A stretch of DNA of 56,504 nt. Source: a virus (lineage: Duplodnaviria > Caudoviricetes). A program made the position numbers and the translations under genes. Under the pieces are notes generated by a model, which ran no database searches, was not told the DNA's origin, and saw nothing but the letters and a program-made list of their open reading frames with translations. This document shows, piece by piece, positions 36,743 to 44,900 of the stretch; position 1 is the first letter of the stretch; every line of letters starts with the position of its first letter. Location: positions 1 to 56,504 of the IMG/VR virus record IMGVR_UViG_3300032320_000993; one strand, written 5' to 3'.

Positions 36743-36818
36743 ATGCATTCAGTGGCTCCTCCTCTGATCCAAACTCAGCCAGTTAGCTACCCCCCGGTAG
36801 TTAGCTGGCTGTTTTTTT
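36743..36818 (+). ncRNA. Candidate small RNA with anti-Shine-Dalgarno loop and intrinsic terminator
   Basis: Upstream TTGCAC(36710)-N17-TAGAGC; TCAG-TGGCTCCTCCT-CTGA hairpin; long stem at 36776..36811 followed by T7. Confidence 0.45.
36776..36818 (+). terminator. Rho-independent terminator
   Basis: CAGCCAGTTAGCTACC/GGTAGTTAGCTGGCTG followed by TTTTTTT. Confidence 0.8.
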
Positions 36819-37021
36819 ATGCACAAAGGCATCATGCCCCGCAAAGGGGGTACCCCATTGACAAATAAAAGGGGATGGGGGTATTTTTTGGAAACGGGGT
36901 GGGATGCTTCGGCGCGATAGCCGGGGCTTTAGCTGGCCAGCACTCACCCCTTTACCCGCATCCTTGCTCAATGGCCCAATTCGTATTAGATAGGGGCATA
37001 TTCAATTAAGTGAGCATATCG

Positions 37022-37645
37022 ATGGCGTCCAAATCCAAAAGCCTTGTCATACAGGACGGAGAGCCAACGGACGTCGATGGCAGCGGCGTCGATAAGCGCT
37101 TTACCGTGTCACCCATCCGCGCATTGCTGCCGGATAAGGGCGCAAGGCGCAAAAGCCCGCATGAGCATATCCCTACGGAAAAGAGCCGCAAGGGCGTGCT
37201 GCATGCCGTTGGCCTTGGGATGAACCAAGAGAATATTGCCAAAGTGATGGGGATCAGCGAAAACGCCCTGAAGAACCATTACCGCGAGGAGTTGAGCATT
37301 GGCCTGAACGTCCTGATGGATGACGTGAAGACCAACCTGTACAACATCGCCCGCGACCCGGCGCACAAGGGGACGGTGCAGGCCGGTATATATTTGCTCA
37401 GCCGCTTGGGCGGCGATGCGTTTAAGGACGTCAAGCGCATTGAGATGACCGGAGCTGACGGCAAGGCCCTTGAGATCAGCCAGAAGACCCAGACCGTTGA
37501 CCCGCGTTTGCTGGATGCCGACCAACGCGAAGCGCTGCGGGACATTTTGAACTCCGCCCTGAGGCTGGCAGCGCCATCCGCACAGGCACAAGAAGAAGCC
37601 ATTGATGGCGAATATGAGGAAGTAGAAGATGACGGATCCGATTGA
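37022..37645 (+). CDS. terS: Terminase small subunit
   Basis: QENIAKVMGISENALKNHYREEL HTH; EMTGADG tail; upstream of terL. Confidence 0.8.
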   Translation: MASKSKSLVIQDGEPTDVDGSGVDKRFTVSPIRALLPDKGARRKSPHEHIPTEKSRKGVLHAVGLGMNQENIAKVMGISENALKNHYREELSIGLNVLMDDVKTNLYNIARDPAHKGTVQAGIYLLSRLGGDAFKDVKRIEMTGADGKALEISQKTQTVDPRLLDADQREALRDILNSALRLAAPSAQAQEEAIDGEYEEVEDDGSD

Positions 37646-37814
37646 TTGGGTCACAATGAAGTTTGACCCTCAACTGTCTGTGAACGTGCGTAATCTAATC
37701 CGTGCAATGCGCGGTGAGGTGGTCACGCTGAGCAAGGACCAGTGGGAAGACTACAAGGAATGCTGCGCTGACATAATGGAGCAGTTCTTGGAAATGCGGA
37801 AAGAGCGGGGATAA
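37629..37814 (+). CDS. Hypothetical protein
   Basis: Short ORF between terS and terL. Confidence 0.5.
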   Translation: MTDPIDWVTMKFDPQLSVNVRNLIRAMRGEVVTLSKDQWEDYKECCADIMEQFLEMRKERG

Positions 37815-39433
37815 TGCTCGACTTCGACATTTCGAAGATCGACATCCAGCGCCAGTTGATGGAGTTGGACCGGGCTGACTGTGAGGAAAGCCTGTATTAT
37901 TTCCTGACCAATGCGTGGAAGTACATTGACGCCAGCACATGGAAAGATGGATGGCCCATTGAGGCTGTCGCTGAGCATTTGCAGGCCGTGGTCGATGGCG
38001 ACATCAAGAGGCTGATCGTCAACATCCCGCCGCGCATGGGCAAGAGTACAATTACGTCAGTTGCTTTTCCCGCATGGACATGGGCGCAGCCTGATCAGTC
38101 AGCTACTTCAGGGCCCGGTGTGCAGTTCCTGATGGCCTCCTACGCCAACCAGCTTGTGCTGCGCGACAGCGTCAAGTGCCGCCGTTTGATTGAGAGCCCG
38201 TGGTACCAAAGCATGTGGGGTGAGCGCTTCAAGCTGAACTCCGACCAGAACACCAAGTCGCGCTTCTCCAACGACCACGGCGGTGAGCGCCTGATCACGT
38301 CCGTTGGCGCTGCGGTGACGGGTGAAGGGGGCTCGATCATCGTCATCGATGACCCTAACTCCGCATCTGAGGCTTTCTCTGAGGCTAACATCGAAAGCAC
38401 GATTGAGTGGTGGGATGGCACCATGTCCACCCGTCTCAATGATGCCAAAACGGGTGCATATGTCATTATTCAGCAGAGGCTGGCTGAAAACGACCTGACC
38501 GGGCACGTCATTGAGAAGGATGTGGGCGAGTGGACGCACCTCTGCCTGCCCATGAAGTATGAGGCTGACCGATCCTTCGTGACCAACATTGGCTGGAAGG
38601 ATCCGCGCACAGAAGAGGGTGAGTTGCTTTGGCCAGATCGCTTTGGGACAAAAGAAGTGTTCAATCTGGAGCGCTCCCTTGGCCCATTTATGTCGGCAGG
38701 TCAGCTTCAGCAGCGCCCTGAGCCTGCGGGTGGTGGTGTTATTAAGCGCGAATGGTGGAAATTGTGGGAGGAGCAAAGCTATCCGCCCATGGATTACATC
38801 ATCGCGTCCCTTGACACGGCGTACACGACCAAAACCACCAACGATTACTCCGCCATTTCCATCTGGGGCGTGTTCACCACCGACTCCACGGCCATCGCCA
38901 ACCGCATTTTGGACAAAGACGGGCGTCCAATGTACTTTGACAGGGGGTATGCGGAGACCGCACCGCGTTTGATGCTGATGCATGCGTGGCAGGAGCGCCT
39001 TGAATTCCACGATCTGGTCGAAAAGGTCGCAAAAACCTGTAAGTCATTGAAAGTAGACAAGCTTTTGGTGGAAAATAAGGCCGCTGGCATCTCCGTTTCA
39101 CAGGAATTGCGGCGACTTTATGGCAGTGAGGGCTTTGCCGTGCAGCTTTCCGACCCCAAGAGCCAAGATAAGCTGTCGCGCCTGTACTCTGTGCAGCATT
39201 TATTTGCTGATGGCATGGTTTATGCACCCGACAAGGTGTGGGCGGAGACCGTAATTACGCAAGTCGGGCAGTTCCCCAAAGGCAAGCATGACGATTTGGT
39301 CGACACGGTGTCTATGAGCATCCGCCATTTGCGTGATATTGGACTTTTGACGCGGTCGCAGGAGCGCATCGAAGAAATTGAGGGCATGAAGACATATCCG
39401 GGCAAGCAATCTGTACCCCTGTACCCGGCATGA
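37814..39433 (+). CDS. terL: Terminase large subunit
   Basis: NIPPRMGKST Walker A; IIVIDDP Walker B; QQRP, SLDTA and FPKGKHDDLVD nuclease motifs. Confidence 0.95.
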   Translation: MLDFDISKIDIQRQLMELDRADCEESLYYFLTNAWKYIDASTWKDGWPIEAVAEHLQAVVDGDIKRLIVNIPPRMGKSTITSVAFPAWTWAQPDQSATSGPGVQFLMASYANQLVLRDSVKCRRLIESPWYQSMWGERFKLNSDQNTKSRFSNDHGGERLITSVGAAVTGEGGSIIVIDDPNSASEAFSEANIESTIEWWDGTMSTRLNDAKTGAYVIIQQRLAENDLTGHVIEKDVGEWTHLCLPMKYEADRSFVTNIGWKDPRTEEGELLWPDRFGTKEVFNLERSLGPFMSAGQLQQRPEPAGGGVIKREWWKLWEEQSYPPMDYIIASLDTAYTTKTTNDYSAISIWGVFTTDSTAIANRILDKDGRPMYFDRGYAETAPRLMLMHAWQERLEFHDLVEKVAKTCKSLKVDKLLVENKAAGISVSQELRRLYGSEGFAVQLSDPKSQDKLSRLYSVQHLFADGMVYAPDKVWAETVITQVGQFPKGKHDDLVDTVSMSIRHLRDIGLLTRSQERIEEIEGMKTYPGKQSVPLYPA

Positions 39434-39443
39434 TGGAGGATTT

Positions 39444-39656
39444 ATGAGGTATACCGGTCACGTTAACGCATCCTGCATGGTCGACGACCTTGGCCAGCGC
39501 CAGTTTGAAGTCAGGGTATGGGGTGAGCCGCCTTTCGACCATGAGCGGACCTATACATTGAACGCCAAAGATGATAATTCGGCTGCTAAAGAGGGTTTGC
39601 GTCTCTTTTGCGATGAAATGGAATGCCTTAGAGACGCAGAAACGAAGGAAGACTGA
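39444..39656 (+). CDS. Hypothetical protein
   Basis: GGAGG RBS. Confidence 0.55.
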   Translation: MRYTGHVNASCMVDDLGQRQFEVRVWGEPPFDHERTYTLNAKDDNSAAKEGLRLFCDEMECLRDAETKED

Positions 39657-41968
39657 TGGCAACGCAACCGGGCCTCGCTCCAATGAACATTCGCCAGCTT
39701 GCACCTGAAGAGCCGGGTGCAATTGACACGTCACCGATCCAGATCGACTTTGCAGACGAGTCTGGCGACAAGCCTGAGACAGACGCAAACGGGAATATCA
39801 TCTCCATTGAGCATGATGATGGTTCAATTACCGTCTCCCTCGACGGAAACCCTCTTGAGTCGGCTGAAAATGGCTCTGACGGCGAATGGTTTGGCAATCT
39901 GGTCGACGACATTGACGAAGGTGAGCTTAATCGCATTTCCGGCGACTTATTTCGAGGGATTGACGACGATTTGCTGTCACGCAAGGACTGGATTGAGACG
40001 CGGGCGCAGGGCATCAAGCTTCTTGGCCTGAAAATCGAAATTCCGGGGCTCACAGGGGCCACTGACGGGGCTCCGGTAGAAGGCATGTCCCGTGTGCGCC
40101 ATCCACTACTGCTGGAAGCTGTGCTGCGCTTTCAGGCCAACTCGCGCTCTGAGTTGCTGCCCACAGATGGGCCTGTGAAGATCCGCAACGACGACAACAA
40201 CTCAACATTGCAGGAAGATCAGATTGCAAACGCCCTTGAGCGCGACCTCAACCACTATCTGACGTCCACGGCGACGGAATACTACCCCGACACCGACCGC
40301 ATGCTGCTCATGCTGGGCTTTGGCGGCACGTCGTTCAAGAAGGTTTACTACTGCCCGCTGCGTAACCGCCCGGTTTCGGAGACTGTTGACGCTGATGACC
40401 TGATCGTCAGCAACGACGCGACCGATCTTTCCAATGCGCGCCGCATCACCCACCGGATTATGATGCGCCCATCCATTGTGAAGCGGATGCAGATCCTTGG
40501 CGTCTACCGCGACGTTGATCTGGGCACACCCAGCATGCGCCGTCTGGATCCTTTGCAGCGCGAAGAGCGTGACCAGCAGGGCATTTCGGCTGAGTCCACC
40601 AACCCTCTGGACCGCGACCGCGAAATCTACGAATGCTATTGCGAACTGGACATCAAGGGCTTTGAGCATAAGCACAAGGGCAAGGTGTCGGGCCTCGAAA
40701 TCCCATACCGCGTGACCGTTGACGTTTCGTCGAAGGAAATCCTGTCCATCGTCCGCAACTTCGACGAAGACACGGCAGACCTGCCAATGGCGAAGAAAAA
40801 CTTCGTTAAATATACGTTCGTACCGGGCCTTGGCTTCTACGACATTGGCCTCCTGCACATTCTGGGCAACACGACTAATGCCATTACGGCTGCATGGCGC
40901 GAGTTGCTGGACGCAGGCATGTATTCCAACTTCCCCGGCTTCCTGATGGCCGACACCGGGGCTCGACAGAACACAAACATCTTCCGCGTTCCTCCCGGAG
41001 GCGGCGCTCTTGTGAAGACTGGTGGCATGCCGATCTCACAAGCCGTCATGCCTTTGCCGTATCAGCCGCCGTCGCAGGCCCTGATGCAGCTTGTGGGCGA
41101 CATGGCCCAGACCGGCATGCGTATCGGCGGAACGTCTGAGCAGCAGGTTGGCGAGGGTCGCGCTGACGCTCCGGTGGGCACGACGCTTGCGATGATCGAA
41201 CAGGCCACCAAGGTTATGAATGCCGTTCACAAGCGCCTGCATGCAGCACAGGCTGAAGAGTTTCGCCTGCTGTGCGACTGCTTCCGCGAAAACCCGGAAA
41301 GCTTCTGGCAGCGCAACTCCAAGCCGACCATGCCATGGGATCAGCAGACCTTCCTTCAGGCGCTTGAGGATTACGACCTCACGCCTCAGGCCGACCCCAA
41401 CACCGCATCGCATGGTCAGCGCATCATGAAGATCACGGCGTTGAAGCAGCTTCAGCAGGCAAACCCGTCGATGTACGATCCAATCGCCATCGACACTGCT
41501 GCCTTGCAGGCCATTGGCTGGTCCAACCCGTCGCAGTTCATGGCACCGCCAAGCGCTCAGGCATCGCCGCCGCCGGAGCTGATGCAGGCTCAGGCCAAGA
41601 TGAAGAACGACGAAATGACCGCCAATGCGCGTCTGATGGAAGCGCAGGCACGGGCGGCAGAAACGCAGGCGAAGATCCAGTCCGGTGCCTTTGCGCCCAA
41701 GCAGGACGCGCCAGACATGGGTCAGGCAGCCCTCACCGCCGCACAGGCGGATTTGATGAATGCTCAGACTAAACGCAGCGAAATTGGTGTCCGTCACCAA
41801 GAGCGCATGGTAGAAGACCAGAACCGCGATTTGGATCGTCAGAGCCGTGAGCGCGTTGCCATGTTGCAGCTTGCCCGTGACCTTGTGATGCATCCAGAGC
41901 AGGCTGAGGCTGTCGAACCCTTGGCGGGCCCGTCAGAGCGCAAATTTGATAAGGGCGAAGGCGAATGA
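39656..41968 (+). CDS. Portal protein
   Basis: Follows terL; HPLLLEAVLRFQA, GTSFKKVY, PGLGFY and APVGTTLA motifs; Gln/Ala-rich barrel tail. Confidence 0.88.
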   Translation: MATQPGLAPMNIRQLAPEEPGAIDTSPIQIDFADESGDKPETDANGNIISIEHDDGSITVSLDGNPLESAENGSDGEWFGNLVDDIDEGELNRISGDLFRGIDDDLLSRKDWIETRAQGIKLLGLKIEIPGLTGATDGAPVEGMSRVRHPLLLEAVLRFQANSRSELLPTDGPVKIRNDDNNSTLQEDQIANALERDLNHYLTSTATEYYPDTDRMLLMLGFGGTSFKKVYYCPLRNRPVSETVDADDLIVSNDATDLSNARRITHRIMMRPSIVKRMQILGVYRDVDLGTPSMRRLDPLQREERDQQGISAESTNPLDRDREIYECYCELDIKGFEHKHKGKVSGLEIPYRVTVDVSSKEILSIVRNFDEDTADLPMAKKNFVKYTFVPGLGFYDIGLLHILGNTTNAITAAWRELLDAGMYSNFPGFLMADTGARQNTNIFRVPPGGGALVKTGGMPISQAVMPLPYQPPSQALMQLVGDMAQTGMRIGGTSEQQVGEGRADAPVGTTLAMIEQATKVMNAVHKRLHAAQAEEFRLLCDCFRENPESFWQRNSKPTMPWDQQTFLQALEDYDLTPQADPNTASHGQRIMKITALKQLQQANPSMYDPIAIDTAALQAIGWSNPSQFMAPPSAQASPPPELMQAQAKMKNDEMTANARLMEAQARAAETQAKIQSGAFAPKQDAPDMGQAALTAAQADLMNAQTKRSEIGVRHQERMVEDQNRDLDRQSRERVAMLQLARDLVMHPEQAEAVEPLAGPSERKFDKGEGE

Positions 41969-44900
41969 AAGACCCAAAGGCCATCCGCAAAGCAATCATG
42001 ACCGCCAAGAACATCGCGGCCATGGTCGATCCCCACTTTGCGCGTGTGCCTTTACCTGAAATCGGTGAGCCTGCCCCTGAGATGATGATGCCTCAGCAGT
42101 TTTCTGGTGGCGGTGTAACCGCCGGTCGCTCACCTGAACTCCAGTCCTACGCCCAGAACATTGGCACCCCTGACTTTGATCAGGAGCGGTATCACAGCCT
42201 AATCGACCAGCATAAGCCAGTGCGCCCTTACGAGAGCGTCCCCGTGCCCGCGACGGAAGAGGACATGCTGCGCGGCCTCACGACCAACAAGCACCACAAG
42301 ATCAACGCCGTCAACGACTATCAGGAGGGCCACCCTGTCGGCCTGCGCCTCGACATCCCGGCGTACACCAAGCATGGTGTCTGGGTGCCGACCATGCACG
42401 ACCTGTTGCAGGGCGGTAAGGCGTTCTCCCATCAGGGTGCCGCGCACATCACCGACGCCACGTTCGACATGCCAGAGGCGCAGGCAGTGGCTGTTGCCAA
42501 GGGCCGCGCCAAGTCGCCGTTCGCGCACATCGACGGTCACTTGAAGAAGACGCCAGTTGACGACATCCATGAGATGGCAAAGGCCGCGCTTGACAGCCCA
42601 GAATGGGTGCAGGTCGGCATGGATCCTGAACGCCACAGCTATTTCTACGACCGCTCCGACCACCGCAAGCCCATCCACCGTGCGGATGAGGTGCTTCAGG
42701 TTGGTCCTCTGGTGCTGGCCAAGAACCCTGTGTTTGGCGACCCCAAGGGCCATGCGTATGAAGATGGCGGGCGTGTTGGCTATGCCCTTGGCGGCTCTGA
42801 CGACAGCGCCCCCGACTATTCATCGCCCGACAACCTTGGCCTTTACAGCCACGCAGCAGCGACCGCAGCCAGCCTCCCGCAGGCGAAGGCATCGCCGGAT
42901 GAATTCCGCAACATGCTGACCAATCGCGGCGTCAAGCCTGCTGAATTCCAGTGGTCCGGTTACGACGACGCCTTTGCCAATCAGCCGCAGGTCACCCGCG
43001 AACAGGTTGCCGCGCATTTCCATGAGAACAAGCCGCCGATTGGGCAGAAGGAATTCCACAGCCGCGAGATCACCAAGACTCAGAAAGACGCAATCGACCG
43101 TGATTTCTGGGACAAGAAGACCGAATATCAGAGGCGCAGGGACGAGTTCAATGCGGCGAACCCTGATCAAGAGTACGATCCCGACAGATCAGAGCATACC
43201 AGACTGCTGGATGAGCGCTACGATGCCTTGGAGGCGCTGAAGAGCGCGGGCGAACCGCATCACGAAGCGTACATGCTTCCGGGCGGCGAAAACTACCGCG
43301 AGGTTGTCCTTAAGCACGACGACGGTGGACACATCATTAAATTCTCTGGCAATCCCTCCCATCTTGGCGGTGAGCCAAATGTCCTGACGCATCTCCTGAT
43401 GAAGGACCGCACCGACACTGAGGGCAAGAAGGTCCTGCACCTTGACGAATTGCAGAGCGATTGGGCTCAGCAGGGGCGCAAGGAAGGGTTTAAGGGCGAC
43501 TCAGAAAGTGAAAAAAAAATAAAAAGCGCCAAAAAAGCCATCCAAGACTTCTATGACAAGCTTTCAGGCATGGAGTCTGATAGGATTTTGGGAATTGCTG
43601 GTGATATTCCAGATGAAAACAAAGACACGGTGCGAAAAACCATAAGCGATTTAATGGGTCGCCACGCAGAGTTTTACGCCCAACAGCACGGTGTTATTGA
43701 CGAACACGACAGGCTTCATGATGATCTTGAAAGGGCTAGAAATGCCTATTATCAAGAACATGCGGGCGTTACTAAAACCAACCCCGCCCCATACGTCACG
43801 AACACCAACGACTGGGTTGATCTGGGCCTGAAACGCGCCCTGTTAGAGGCTGCCAAGGGCGGTCATGACAGGCTTGCTTTGACGCCCGGTCAGACGGCTG
43901 CCGACCGCTACGACCTCAGCAAGCACATTGCCGATATTCAATACATCAGGGACCCAGAGAGCGACACTGGCTACCTCCTTGCTCACGGGCACCAACAGGC
44001 CAATTTAATTAACAAGCCTGTCAATGTCGGTGAATTGCCCAGCATTATCGGCAAGGACGTTGCTGAAAAGCTTTTGGCGTCTGAGCCAGTGGTGGCAGGC
44101 GGTAAGCACACGCATATCCTCAGCGGCCTCGACCTCCAAGTCGGCGGCGAGGGCATGAAGAAGTTCTACGATGAGATCGTGCCCAAGCGCCTGATGCGAC
44201 TTGCCAAGATGCACGATCCGGATGCCCAGTTCTCCACGTCAACGGTTGAGCATCCCAAGGAATTTTCTGATGATGAGCAGCCAAACAACGACCGGACCAA
44301 CCTTCGGGCGCTGGAGATCACGCCGCGCATGCGCGAGAGCATCCTGAAGAAGGGCTTCCCGGCCTATGCTCAGGGCGGCGAGGTTGAGGGCTACTCTGGC
44401 GGCGGGATGCCTCCCGGAGGCCAGACCAGCCCAATGGCCAGTTCTTTTGCGGCGGAAAACACACCGTCCGTAACGGTGTCACCGCGTCCCGGCAAAATGG
44501 GCGGTTACCCAGTCCGCGCTGGCACCATGGAAGAGCATGAGCCTTGGACGTACACGACACCTCAGGGTGAAGACCAACCAATGCCGCCGCCGGTTCAACA
44601 CCCTGTGTTTAATGAGCCGCGCATGGACCGCATTCACAAGGCCACGCACAAGATTTTTAAGAGCAAGGGCTTCAACGACCTGACTGAGGAACTCACAGGT
44701 CTGCGTAATTTTAACATCAAACCAATTATTGGGACGTGGAAAGGAGAAATTGAACCCTCCTTCCATATCAGCCATCCAGACATGACGCCGGATGCTGCTG
44801 AAAAGCTTTCGCACCTGCTAGGTTTTGGCTTCATGCAGGACGCAGCCGTCAAGGGGCTGCACAATCCAAACCCAGAAAGCGAGGGAATTCCGTCCGTTTA

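Noticed and set aside
36896-36950. tRNA gene
   Set aside because: No cloverleaf, no T-loop GTTCRA consensus, and too short; kept only as a generic stem-loop.
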